A stretch of DNA of 62,383 bases, from the NCBI GenBank assembly GCA_964578995.1, contig CAZOEZ010000002.1, forward strand, positions 1-62,383, in the 5' to 3' direction. Below, one piece after another: positions 39,187 to 48,710 of the stretch. The notes below the pieces were generated by a model that worked only from the letters and a program-made list of their open reading frames with translations, was not told where the DNA came from and did not search any database. This DNA comes from an uncultured archaeon (GTDB taxonomy: Archaea > Thermoplasmatota > Poseidoniia > MGIII > CG-Epi1). Position 1 is the stretch's first letter, and each line of letters begins with the position of its first letter. A program made the position numbers and the translations under genes.

Positions 39187-40206
39187 TTATATTTCAGTCA
39201 TCCATCCGAATTCATCATTTGTAGTGCCAAATTGAATTCCTGTAAGATCATTGTATAGTTCATTTGTTATCTCGCCAATCTTTCCATCTGAAAAGGCGTG
39301 TTCTTTTCCTTGATAATTGATTGAACCAATTGGCGCTACGATTGCTGCAGTACCTGCACAAAACACCTCATCTGCTCTTAGTGCTTCATCAACACTTATT
39401 CTCCTTTCTTCAACTTCTAGACCCATTTTATTCTTTGCTAAATGAAGGACTGAATCTCTTGTAATTCCAGGGAGTATTGATCCTGTTAATTCAGGCGTTA
39501 CAACTTTCCCATCAATTACAGCAAAGAAATTCGCGGCGCCAACTTCTTCGATATATTTTTCTTCAGCCGCATCCAAATATATAACTTCTGCATATCCTTT
39601 TTTCTTAGCTAATCCACTTGGTAGCATTCCTGGGACATAATTCCCTATGGCCTTAACACCCCCCGTTCCTTTGAGAGGGGCCCTGTGATAATCATTAGTA
39701 ACCACTAATTTAATCGGAGTTAATCTTCCTTTGAAATAAGGCCCTACAGGCGTTACATATACTATGAAGCTATATTCTGTAGAGGGAGCTACACCTACGC
39801 CTTGTCCAGACCCAAAGATAATAGGTCTGACATATAGTGCGCCTTGTTCGGTGCTAGGAATATAGTCTGTATTATCACGCACTACCTTTTTTACAGCGTC
39901 CAAGAAAAGTGAACTTGAAATTTCAGGCATGGACAGTCTCAAACAACCATCTGCAGCTCTTTTAGCATTCATTTCAGGTCTGAACATCGCAATTCGCCCG
40001 TCATCCCATTTGTAGGCCTTCATTCCTTCAAAGAGTCCTTGACCATAGTTCAATACACCGGCAGCAGGAGACAGGCTCAAATTTTCAAAAGGAATTATTT
40101 TCCCATTTTTCCACTCACCACCTAAATCGCATTTTGCTACGTACATAGATCGAGTTCTAGTAAAACTGAAAGTCAAATTGTCAAAATCTATTTCGTTCGG
40201 TTTCAC
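39187..40206 (-). CDS. ilvE: Branched-chain amino acid aminotransferase (fold type IV)
   Basis: GLFEGMKAY, YVRP, the GGVKAIGNY PLP-Lys region and EVGAANFF. Confidence 0.88.
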   Translation of the reverse strand: MKPNEIDFDNLTFSFTRTRSMYVAKCDLGGEWKNGKIIPFENLSLSPAAGVLNYGQGLFEGMKAYKWDDGRIAMFRPEMNAKRAADGCLRLSMPEISSSLFLDAVKKVVRDNTDYIPSTEQGALYVRPIIFGSGQGVGVAPSTEYSFIVYVTPVGPYFKGRLTPIKLVVTNDYHRAPLKGTGGVKAIGNYVPGMLPSGLAKKKGYAEVIYLDAAEEKYIEEVGAANFFAVIDGKVVTPELTGSILPGITRDSVLHLAKNKMGLEVEERRISVDEALRADEVFCAGTAAIVAPIGSINYQGKEHAFSDGKIGEITNELYNDLTGIQFGTTNDEFGWMTEI

Positions 40207-41570
40207 TTATTATTCTCCCTGAATTTTTTTAATCGATGCTCTAAAACAGGCATGTCTTTTTCACTTACAAAAGAGATACAAACCCGTAATCCTTCATGCC
40301 TATTTGAACCGGTCGATTTTAGAGTAATTGTTGAAATTCCATACTTCATTAATTCAATCATTAAATCAGTACCATCATAATTTGGATATGACATAGTCAA
40401 GTAGAATCCGTTCCCCACAGTTTCATCCATGTCTTTCTCATAAACCTGTTTGAAACCATATTTTAGGAAAATTCGGCAAACTTTTTTTGCTCTCTTGCCA
40501 TATTCACTTGTAACTTCAACAAAGTTGTATTCACCGTTTGTAGAACTTTCTAACATTTTAGTTAAGGCGAATTGTGCGGTGTGGGTTGTACCTGAAGTAG
40601 TAACATATAATCCGCCAAGTGAAAAAGCATGTCCAAATCGTTTCCTTCCACAAAATTCTTCTAGTTGAGAAAATTCTTGTTCGTTCAAAGTGGGTGAAAT
40701 AATTGCAAGCCCGCATCTTGGGCCAGGAAATGAGAATGCTTTTGAGGCTGAAATCAATGTAATCCAATTTTTCCCAAATTTACTAACAGTAGGGATATAA
40801 GGTTCTACATGAGGTTGAGAATAATCTTTTCTGAAATCCATTCCTAAATATGCAAGATCTTCAATTGCTAATATATCATTATCATCACATATTCTGGCGA
40901 TACCTTGTAATTCCAATTCAGTTAGGCAGGACCAACTAGGATTGTTAGGCGAAGACCAAAGTAATCCGCCAATATTTCCTTTAGATATTTTCTCTTTGAT
41001 AGCCTCTAATAATTTTTCACCACGATTATCATAAAGTTCAATACCTTCATTTCTCAATCCTAAAAATTTAGCTTGATATCTAGTTACAGGAAATGTCGGA
41101 TCTAAGTAAAGAATCGTGTCTTTTCCCTTATGCATATTTCCGGCTAAAGCTTGAGAGATGTATCCGCCCTGTAGAGACCCACAAGTAGGTATGACATGTT
41201 CAGGTTCAACATCCATATCTAAGAATGCTTTGACGAATTTGCTGCCAGCTAATTTTAACTCAGGTATTCCGTCAAATGGAGGATAAATGCCTTGGAGTCC
41301 TTTGTCTATAGCTTCTTTCTCAGCTTTCTTAGCAATATCAGGAGTAGGAATATTCGGTATTCCCATTTCCATTCTGACAAATTCAATGTTTCCTTTCTTG
41401 CTTATCAGTGTAGCCAAGCGGTTCGTTTCACGAATAGAAAGGTTGTTAGGATTGAATCCAGTTTCATCAAATATTTCTTCCAGAAAATCTTTTGAGATTG
41501 GTATTGAATCAGTCAAATATGGTCCCTCTAAACTCAGTTTAGTAGACCCCTTGCTAAAAGGTTTGTACAA
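40203..41570 (-). CDS. Class I/II PLP-dependent aminotransferase, specificity unknown
   Basis: MGIPNIPTP, SPNNPSW, the SASKAFSFPGPRCG PLP-Lys region. The apparent TTG start lies inside an 18-bp perfect palindrome, so the start is uncertain. Confidence 0.75.
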   Translation of the reverse strand: MYKPFSKGSTKLSLEGPYLTDSIPISKDFLEEIFDETGFNPNNLSIRETNRLATLISKKGNIEFVRMEMGIPNIPTPDIAKKAEKEAIDKGLQGIYPPFDGIPELKLAGSKFVKAFLDMDVEPEHVIPTCGSLQGGYISQALAGNMHKGKDTILYLDPTFPVTRYQAKFLGLRNEGIELYDNRGEKLLEAIKEKISKGNIGGLLWSSPNNPSWSCLTELELQGIARICDDNDILAIEDLAYLGMDFRKDYSQPHVEPYIPTVSKFGKNWITLISASKAFSFPGPRCGLAIISPTLNEQEFSQLEEFCGRKRFGHAFSLGGLYVTTSGTTHTAQFALTKMLESSTNGEYNFVEVTSEYGKRAKKVCRIFLKYGFKQVYEKDMDETVGNGFYLTMSYPNYDGTDLMIELMKYGISTITLKSTGSNRHEGLRVCISFVSEKDMPVLEHRLKKFRENNK

Positions 41571-41575
41571 ACCTT
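41558..41575. promoter_or_regulatory. 18-bp perfect palindrome AAGGTTTGTACAAACCTT in the divergent aminotransferase/ThiR-like promoter
   Basis: Read directly. The sequence is self-complementary over all 18 nt, overlaps the TTG start at 41568-41570 and abuts a TATA-like CTTATAAC. Confidence 0.35.
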
Positions 41576-41600
41576 ATAACTCACTTTTTAGATAGTATAA

Positions 41601-42416
41601 GTGATTAATATGATGCCCGTTGAATTGACAGGAAATTTGTTTAAAGAATTAAGGGGACGAGCTTGCCGCATTCTTTCAGAAGAGGGTTGGACTCAGTCTA
41701 GCCTTGGTAAAGCATTAGGTGTAAGTCAAGTAATGGCTGGAAACTATTTACACACACTACCAACCCATTACAATGAACCAATCGAAAGCAATTTGCAAGA
41801 CGCAGCAATATCTTTATCTGAGATTCTCAAGAGCGGTGATGCTTCTCGCTGGTCACTAAAAATAGAGGTAGATAATCAGGAGCTTAGTATCAACTTTCCG
41901 GTTCAGGATTCTAGAGAAAAAACGCTAATTAAAATAACGAAAATGCGAAAACGTTTAGAAAATGCAATACCGTTATTGTCACCACAAGTCCGAGTTAATA
42001 TTGCGATGGCTTCTAATGGTGCTACTACAAGCTCTGACATAGTAGCATTCCCAGGAAGATTAACTCCAATAGGAGGTAAAGCCCGTCCACTTTCTTCTCC
42101 CAAATTTGGAAGTTCTTCTCATTTGTCAGAGTTACTCCTAGATTTTCGGATATTTGATCCAAATACTTCAATTATCATTAATCTCAGGTGGGATTCTATA
42201 ATATCTGAATTACTTAAAGAATTGAATGTAAAGTCAGTTAAATTGAATAGGAATGGTGATGATTTATCTATCAGCAAATCTGCTATCGAAGCTGAAGCTT
42301 TAATTGATGAAGGGGGTTACGGTTTTGAACCATCATTGTATATCGTAGGGAATAATTTTGAGAGGGTTTGCAGAATAGTAGAGGATTTAGCTAAATCTAT
42401 GGAAGCTATGGCATGA
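41601..42416 (+). CDS. HTH domain fused to ThiN (thiamine-phosphate synthase-like) domain; ThiR-like regulator or ThiN enzyme
   Basis: N-terminal HTH (QSSLGKALGVSQVMAGNYL). The C-terminal VNIAMASNGATTSSDIVAFPGRLTPIGGKARPLSSPKFGSSSHLSELLLDF matches the ThiN signature (..afPGRi....p.fGaS.H). The start may be the ATG at 41610 rather than the GTG at 41601. Confidence 0.65.
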   Translation: MINMMPVELTGNLFKELRGRACRILSEEGWTQSSLGKALGVSQVMAGNYLHTLPTHYNEPIESNLQDAAISLSEILKSGDASRWSLKIEVDNQELSINFPVQDSREKTLIKITKMRKRLENAIPLLSPQVRVNIAMASNGATTSSDIVAFPGRLTPIGGKARPLSSPKFGSSSHLSELLLDFRIFDPNTSIIINLRWDSIISELLKELNVKSVKLNRNGDDLSISKSAIEAEALIDEGGYGFEPSLYIVGNNFERVCRIVEDLAKSMEAMA

Positions 42417-43843
42417 TTTCATCAGGTATTGCTTATCTATTGGTATTCCTGACTCTTTTATTTTTTGGTTGGTTAGGCATAAAATCAGCAGGTACAAAGA
42501 ACTTTGATAATGATGATTTCTTGTCTGCCAGAGGAAGTCAAAATTGGATAATGATTGGCCTCAGTTTGTTTGCTTCTGGAATGGGAATCTGGATTTTATT
42601 TTTACCGTCTGAAGTAGGTTATTGGGGAGGATTCTATGATGTATTTGGTTATGCCTTGTCTTCAGCTACTCCCTTTCTTTTATTAGCATATTTAGGTCCT
42701 TTAATTAGAAACATAACTCCTAATGGAGTAACACTTGCAGATTTTGTTCGTAAAAAAATGGGTCGCGCTATGCAACTTTATGTTGGTGTAATCTCTATAA
42801 TTTACATGTTTACTTTTATGTTTGCAGAATATATTGCAATTGGGCGTGCAGTTGAATTTTTGTCAGGAATTGATTTTTTAGTTCCAATAATATATGTTGC
42901 TATGGTCACAACTTTTTACACAGTAATCGGGGGCCTGCCTGTTTCCATTAAGACAGACCGTATACAATCATTCTTCATAATTTGGTTGATATTTTGCATT
43001 ATCTTGTTTATATTTGGCGAGGGCGTTAGGGACCTTTTAAATGATGCAAAGGCCTACAATCCAGAGGATGATTGGAGTATAGGTAGTATCAGTGATTACT
43101 CAACTTTTGAGGCCGGTTTAGCTTTAGTTTTAGCTATAACTGCAGCTGAAATGTTTTCTCAAGGTAATTGGCAACGTACTTGGGCCTCGAACGATAATAA
43201 AGCTTTGCAGAAGGGAGCCTTTCTAGCATCAATATTGTGTTTTATTGCAGTTTTATTGTTTGGATTTTTGGGAACTGTTGCAGCGGGACGTGGTGCACTT
43301 CCGGATCCTTCGATAGCCTTCTTTGAATTAATTCGCAACTATCCTGAACCGGTTTTAGCTATGTTTTTAGTTCTTGGTATAGCACTAGTGTGCTCTAGTA
43401 TAGATACACTTCAGAATGCAGTAGTTGCAGTAATTTCTAGAGATATAACTGATTCCAAGCTTGATATTGTCCAGGTAAAGTATGCAACAGTAGCTATAGC
43501 ACCAATTTCAATTATTCTGGCATGGTTCTACGCAGACGAAGCACTCAGTGTTTTTAGAATTTTTTTAGTTGCAGATTTGTTTGCAGCAGCCACAGTCATT
43601 CCAATTTTCCTATCTTTATCAGACAGAGTGACAGCAAACGGTGGCTTAGTAGGAGCAATTTTTGGTTTGGTTTCTGTAGTGATTTATGGGGCTTATACTT
43701 CAGATTTACAGACAGGTATAGAATACCTCACAAATCCAGTTAATGATTATGGCCTTGCTAATTTAGATGTTTTCTTATCTGCACTAATTGGTTCAGCCTT
43801 GATGACTATTATATTTTCAGAAATAGAAAATAGTCAGTCATGA
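42413..43843 (+). CDS. Sodium:solute symporter (SSS) family transporter, substrate unknown
   Basis: About 12-13 TM helices with SSS-like organisation. The ATGA start overlaps the ThiN-domain gene stop. Confidence 0.75.
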   Translation: MISSGIAYLLVFLTLLFFGWLGIKSAGTKNFDNDDFLSARGSQNWIMIGLSLFASGMGIWILFLPSEVGYWGGFYDVFGYALSSATPFLLLAYLGPLIRNITPNGVTLADFVRKKMGRAMQLYVGVISIIYMFTFMFAEYIAIGRAVEFLSGIDFLVPIIYVAMVTTFYTVIGGLPVSIKTDRIQSFFIIWLIFCIILFIFGEGVRDLLNDAKAYNPEDDWSIGSISDYSTFEAGLALVLAITAAEMFSQGNWQRTWASNDNKALQKGAFLASILCFIAVLLFGFLGTVAAGRGALPDPSIAFFELIRNYPEPVLAMFLVLGIALVCSSIDTLQNAVVAVISRDITDSKLDIVQVKYATVAIAPISIILAWFYADEALSVFRIFLVADLFAAATVIPIFLSLSDRVTANGGLVGAIFGLVSVVIYGAYTSDLQTGIEYLTNPVNDYGLANLDVFLSALIGSALMTIIFSEIENSQS

Positions 43844-44442
43844 GGCAACACAAAATTACCTTGAATCAAAAGTAAATTTCCACTATGGCATTCGATATTG
43901 ACTTTACCCGATGAGCCAATTTCATTATGTACGCCGCGCCCCCCCATTTTTAACTTTTCATGTTGAAGGTTCCACCTTGCACCAGTAACACTAACTCGAG
44001 CTTCAGGCATTGCCATAAGTGAAAAAAGGGTGTATTCCTCACCTTCAATAGTTTTTGAATCAGTAACTGCCTCTACGGTAAAATGTTCATCAATTAAACT
44101 AATCCTAGGATTAAAAGCTAAACCTAAAGCTGCCAAAGTATGATCAATTCTACCACCAGACCAACCGATTATTTGGATTTCTGAAGCACCTTTTTCAAAA
44201 GCATAATCAGTAGCCTTTTCTAAATCCGTTTTTTGTATATTCTTATTGGAGACAATCCATTCTTCAAGCTTAGTAGTTGCTTTGTCTGAGATTGAATCCA
44301 AATCTCCTATGATTTGATCAGGAATTATATTATATTTCAATAATCTGTCTGCTCCAGCGTCTGCAGCTACAACTAATTTGTCTTTTGCTAATTCAATAAC
44401 TTTGCTTCCCAATGGTCTGTTCCCTACTATCAGTGCTTTCAT
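43834..44442 (-). CDS. Thiamine pyrophosphokinase
   Basis: AADAGADRLLKYNIIPDQIIGDLDSIS, QKTDLEKA, GGRIDHTLA and a C-terminal thiamine-binding beta domain. Confidence 0.8.
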   Translation of the reverse strand: MKALIVGNRPLGSKVIELAKDKLVVAADAGADRLLKYNIIPDQIIGDLDSISDKATTKLEEWIVSNKNIQKTDLEKATDYAFEKGASEIQIIGWSGGRIDHTLAALGLAFNPRISLIDEHFTVEAVTDSKTIEGEEYTLFSLMAMPEARVSVTGARWNLQHEKLKMGGRGVHNEIGSSGKVNIECHSGNLLLIQGNFVLPHD

Positions 44443-44446
44443 ATTA

Positions 44447-45931
44447 TTACCTAATTAGTCTATCTTTGTTATTATTGATTTCTTTTAAATATTTCTTTCC
44501 AAAAAACGTGAATAATTTGCTTCTGAGATTATTCTTTTTCACTTTATTTCTGTAATTTATCTTATCGTAAATGTCCATAAAATTATCATCAGCATGATAC
44601 TTCTTTCTAATATTTTCATATTTTTCTTTATCAAATTGGTTCCAAAAATCTTCATAAGTAAAATAACATGTAGAAAAAAATCCTTTGAAAATGCCATGTT
44701 CAAAGGAAAATTTTTCAAACGCTTGATTTATTTTTTTTGAGGTGATATTAGTATTTTTAATCCCATATATTCCCATATCAAAAATAATCTCATCTTCACA
44801 AAGTTCAGTTTTTCTTGTACAAAATATTTTATCAGGATGATGTTTGTCTATAATAGGGCATATCCAGCGAGGATATGTTTCAGTCATTTCATCTGCTAAA
44901 CTCATGGCATTTCTCAATTTTGATAGTGGCACTCCTATGTCTGTAGCAAGAACATATTCATCTCTAGTGTAATCTCCAACAATATGGTTGGCTGCATGAA
45001 AGTATTTAGAAATATTATATTTTCCGTGACCTGGAGACGAATCTAATATTTTCCTAGGCATCAGTGAATACATCAATCCAGCATAAACAAAATCTCTAGT
45101 TTTGTAAGGCGTATACAAATAATGACCCCAGAAAGCTGAATAACTATATCTTTCTAAGTAGTCCAATAATCTCAAATAACTGTGTTTCTTTTTTTTCGCT
45201 ATTTGGGCATAAACACACATATGACGCTGCTTCAAAATATCTTTATCTTTTATGATGGAAATATCGTTCGGATTTACATCAGCAACAAAATTTGCAGCTA
45301 CAATCGTGTAATCATCTTTTTTATTCGCAAATGCTTCAATAAAATCATCATCTTTATCACTAATTCGTTGTTTAAAATCTTCGTAAAAGCTTTCGAACGA
45401 GTTGTAGTGAAAATAGCTTACTTTAACATATTTTTCACAGGAAACTAATTTCGTTTTTACTCTCGTAATAATTCCCATAGTACCATAAGTCCCTGCAATA
45501 CCATAGTACAAATCAGAATTTTTTGTTTTTGAAACGTTTTTAATTATTTCACCATTGCCTAAAACAATATCAAAATCAATAACATTATCATTAAAAAATC
45601 CATGAATATAAGAACTAGATCCAAGACCCAATCCTGCTAAACATCCACCTACTGTGAAATTGTCTCCTTCAGGCAGGGAAGGGATAATTTTGTTTCTTGG
45701 AATGGTAGACCTATTTACTTTTCCTATAGTTACGGCCGATTCACAGTCAATAAATTCATCATTCACGTCAAGTATCTTGGTAAGATTACCAGTATCAATT
45801 CGGGTTTGGTTTTTTTTAAATTTCAAATCTCTGTAATTATGTCCTTTTCTGTTTGTAGTAATTAATTTTTCATTTTCTTTGATAGAGTTTGAGATGTTCT
45901 TTACTTTTTCATTGTATTTCTCGTAACTCAT
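44447..45931 (-). CDS. FAD-linked oxidoreductase of the DHCR24/DIMINUTO (delta-24-sterol reductase-like) family
   Basis: LPEGDNFTVGGCLAGLGLGSSSYIHGFF, NSDLYYGIAGTYGTMGIITRV and C-terminal TYPRWICPI parallel the DHCR24 blocks I recall (TVGG..G.GIESSSHKYGLF, NSDLFYA, VYPIWLCPF). The gene is markedly more AT-rich than its neighbours. Confidence 0.7.
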   Translation of the reverse strand: MSYEKYNEKVKNISNSIKENEKLITTNRKGHNYRDLKFKKNQTRIDTGNLTKILDVNDEFIDCESAVTIGKVNRSTIPRNKIIPSLPEGDNFTVGGCLAGLGLGSSSYIHGFFNDNVIDFDIVLGNGEIIKNVSKTKNSDLYYGIAGTYGTMGIITRVKTKLVSCEKYVKVSYFHYNSFESFYEDFKQRISDKDDDFIEAFANKKDDYTIVAANFVADVNPNDISIIKDKDILKQRHMCVYAQIAKKKKHSYLRLLDYLERYSYSAFWGHYLYTPYKTRDFVYAGLMYSLMPRKILDSSPGHGKYNISKYFHAANHIVGDYTRDEYVLATDIGVPLSKLRNAMSLADEMTETYPRWICPIIDKHHPDKIFCTRKTELCEDEIIFDMGIYGIKNTNITSKKINQAFEKFSFEHGIFKGFFSTCYFTYEDFWNQFDKEKYENIRKKYHADDNFMDIYDKINYRNKVKKNNLRSKLFTFFGKKYLKEINNNKDRLIR

Positions 45932-45966
45932 ATGTTCACCTTAATATTTAATTGATATAAAAATTA

Positions 45967-46608
45967 CTATGCTAATCTAAGTGTTCCATTCAGATAGGGA
46001 TTTTGTTTCTTTTCTATCCCTAATTCAGTTTCAGGACCATGACCTGGATAAATAATAGTTTCATCAGGTAGTGAAAATATCTTTTTAGTGATAGAATTCA
46101 TCAATTGTTCTGTATTTCCACCAGGTAAATCAGTTCTTCCTAAACTTCCTCTAAAAATAACATCACCACCTATTAAAATTCCTTCGGTGTAAAAGCAAAG
46201 TGAATCTGGGCTATGCCCAGGACAATGTAAAATGCTAAATTTGGTCTTTCCAATATTAACAATATTTTCCTCATCCAAATACCCTCCTTCTTTTATTTCC
46301 GAAGTTGCATATCCAAAGGCTGCCGCAATGGGTCCAACTTTTCCAAGCATGTCTTTTCCTAATGGAGAAATTTCAAGAGGTAATTTCAATTTTTCCATCG
46401 CAAGATTCGCCCCTGCAATATGATCTACATGACAGTGTGTAGCAATTAGCCTCACAATGTTCATTTTTTCTTTTTCAGCGACACCCAAAATCATTTCAAT
46501 TTCATCTCCTGGATCAAAGAATATAGTTTCTCTACTTTCTATGTCCATGACTAAAGTAGCATTCATTACGAGTGGTCCTACTGGGAGCTGAACAATTTTT
46601 AGCGTCAT
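45967..46608 (-). CDS. MBL-fold metallo-hydrolase (glyoxalase II-like)
   Basis: THCHVDHIAG metal motif, HCPGHSPDS, GRTDLPGG. Confidence 0.85.
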   Translation of the reverse strand: MTLKIVQLPVGPLVMNATLVMDIESRETIFFDPGDEIEMILGVAEKEKMNIVRLIATHCHVDHIAGANLAMEKLKLPLEISPLGKDMLGKVGPIAAAFGYATSEIKEGGYLDEENIVNIGKTKFSILHCPGHSPDSLCFYTEGILIGGDVIFRGSLGRTDLPGGNTEQLMNSITKKIFSLPDETIIYPGHGPETELGIEKKQNPYLNGTLRLA

Positions 46609-46615
46609 ATTAATC

Positions 46616-47572
46616 CTAAAAGGTATTCTCGCCTTCTGGCGATATTAAAGTTTGTTTCAAGTCTTTTTCAAGTGAGACATTTGGCCCTAGTATGCTGTCT
46701 TCTATTACGCACCCATAACCATTAACACCAGGCAGCACAACCGTTCTCCTAACAACGCACTTATCCATTTTCACATTTGGGCCTATTATTGTATTAGGTC
46801 CAATAATACAGTCCTTTAATTCTGCATTTTTATGAATAAGTGAAGGCCCCCTTATGCTTGCCCCTTTGTGGGCAGCAGTTCCATCTTTTCCAATACACTT
46901 GAAATTTGCTTCAAGATATGATTCAGGAGTTCCTGAGTCAATGAAATATCCCTCAAATGGGAAACCATAAAGTCCATTTCCTGCGACTTTAGGATAAATA
47001 TTTCTTTCAATTGAAATTTTCTTGCCGGCAGGTATCATCTCCAATATTTCTGGTTCTAATAGATAAGTTCCAGCATTGATTAAGTTTGATAATTCAGTAC
47101 CCTTCTCAGGCTTTTCTTGAAATTGTGTTATCTGTCCATTTTTTAATTCAACAACTCCAAATCGACTTGGATCATCCACTTCCCACAAAGCTAGTGTTCC
47201 TTTTGCCTCAGTTTTGACATGTTGTTCCAACATATTTTCTAAATTTATTGAACTTACTACATCTCCATTGAAAACAGCAGTAGTTCCAGTAATGTGGTCA
47301 AAACAATTTCTCATTGCACCTCCAGTTCCTAGAGGTTTCTCTTCAGGCACTATTATTATTTTCTTCCCTATATTTATTCCATCAAAATATTCTTCCATTT
47401 CATTTAAGCCATAGTTAACTGCTAGAATGGCAGTATCAAATATTTCAGGCAGATTTTTCACCATTCTCTCCACCATAGGTACATTAGCCAAGGGAAGCAG
47501 TGGTTTTGGTATAGTGTGTGTTAATGGTCTAAGTCTGGTTCCAAGACCTCCAACCAAAATTATTGCTTCCAT
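46616..47572 (-). CDS. Sugar-1-phosphate nucleotidyltransferase with left-handed beta-helix C-terminus
   Basis: MEAIILVGGLGTRLRPLTHTIPKPLLP, EEKPLGTGGA and C-terminal hexapeptide-like repeats. Confidence 0.85.
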   Translation of the reverse strand: MEAIILVGGLGTRLRPLTHTIPKPLLPLANVPMVERMVKNLPEIFDTAILAVNYGLNEMEEYFDGINIGKKIIIVPEEKPLGTGGAMRNCFDHITGTTAVFNGDVVSSINLENMLEQHVKTEAKGTLALWEVDDPSRFGVVELKNGQITQFQEKPEKGTELSNLINAGTYLLEPEILEMIPAGKKISIERNIYPKVAGNGLYGFPFEGYFIDSGTPESYLEANFKCIGKDGTAAHKGASIRGPSLIHKNAELKDCIIGPNTIIGPNVKMDKCVVRRTVVLPGVNGYGCVIEDSILGPNVSLEKDLKQTLISPEGENTF

Positions 47573-47601
47573 AACAGATGCACTGGGGACTTAGATAAAT
47601 A

Positions 47602-48708
47602 TTAGAGAGGTATTAAATTTAGAACAATCAAAGTATCTATTATCAGACCAAGTACAAACATAGCTCCCGCAATTTTCACGAAATGGAAGGCCCAAGCGAC
47701 GTACCATAGAGGCCAAACAGGAAAAATATCCTCCATCTCATGTTCAACAACTTTTTCTTTTAGGTGTTCCGGTAAAACCTCAAACGCAATATCAAACGCT
47801 TCTTTTTGCGTGTCTGGGATTGGATCATTGAGCTTTTGGATTACATATACAGCCCTAGGTACAGCAAATATCACAATTGCCATTGAATAATGTCCTTCAA
47901 TAACACTCAGAAAACTAAAGAGGAAGAAGCAAATTATTGCAAATTGACATACCTTTGCAGCCCACTTCATTCCAATTATAACTGGTAAAGTGTTTACAGG
48001 TTTGGCTCTATCTGCTTCATATTTGTCCATGTGTTTTCCCATTACAACAGTCATAGAAGTTAGTCCAAAAGGTATTGAAACTAGGAGCGCGTTATTCAAA
48101 GCTGCAGATCCAAAAACTTCACCAGTTAGGGCCATAAAGGTTCCTCCAACCATCAATGGTCCAAAAACTATTCCAATTGCAATTTCACCCAAGCCAAGAT
48201 TCTTCAGTCTTATTGGTTTAGCAACATAGAATATGGAAATGGTCAATCCGGCGAAGACAAAATACAAGATTTCCAAACCAACTTTCTGATAAAAATAAAT
48301 TGCAATGATTAAGTCTACTAAATTACATAAGAAAATAGCTAGAATCAATCCTTTTGTAGATATTAAATTATCGATTAGTGCATGTGGTCCGTATTCCGTT
48401 CTTGGATAGCCTTTAGTATCTACTCCATGCAAAGTGTCAAAAAAATCATTCATCATATTGTTTGCAGCATGGGCTAATATCAGACCGATGATAACTATCG
48501 CACCATCGTAATAAATTGGAGTTCTATCTTCAGTTATAAATTGTAATGCTAGTAGTATCCCTACTATACCTGCATAAATGTTCATTTCAAATACATAGGA
48601 TCGCGTAATGAGCATCCATTTACTCACGGGATCTAAGTGTGCATCAGGAAGTGGATTAGCTGTTCGATGTATAGACTGCCATCTCATCCATAGACTATAA
48701 TCTTTCAT
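47602..48708 (-). CDS. UbiA-family prenyltransferase (MenA-like), with C-terminal extension
   Basis: Multiple TM helices, first motif NNMMNDFFDTLHGVD, second GKHMDKYEADR. Confidence 0.7.
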   Translation of the reverse strand: MKDYSLWMRWQSIHRTANPLPDAHLDPVSKWMLITRSYVFEMNIYAGIVGILLALQFITEDRTPIYYDGAIVIIGLILAHAANNMMNDFFDTLHGVDTKGYPRTEYGPHALIDNLISTKGLILAIFLCNLVDLIIAIYFYQKVGLEILYFVFAGLTISIFYVAKPIRLKNLGLGEIAIGIVFGPLMVGGTFMALTGEVFGSAALNNALLVSIPFGLTSMTVVMGKHMDKYEADRAKPVNTLPVIIGMKWAAKVCQFAIICFFLFSFLSVIEGHYSMAIVIFAVPRAVYVIQKLNDPIPDTQKEAFDIAFEVLPEHLKEKVVEHEMEDIFPVWPLWYVAWAFHFVKIAGAMFVLGLIIDTLIVLNLIPL

Positions 48709-48710
48709 AT

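Noticed and set aside
38843-39235. 130-aa plus-strand ORF spanning the dehydrogenase 5' end and the ilvE 3' end
   Set aside because: It is antisense to two well-supported genes and translates to a hydrophobic low-complexity sequence.
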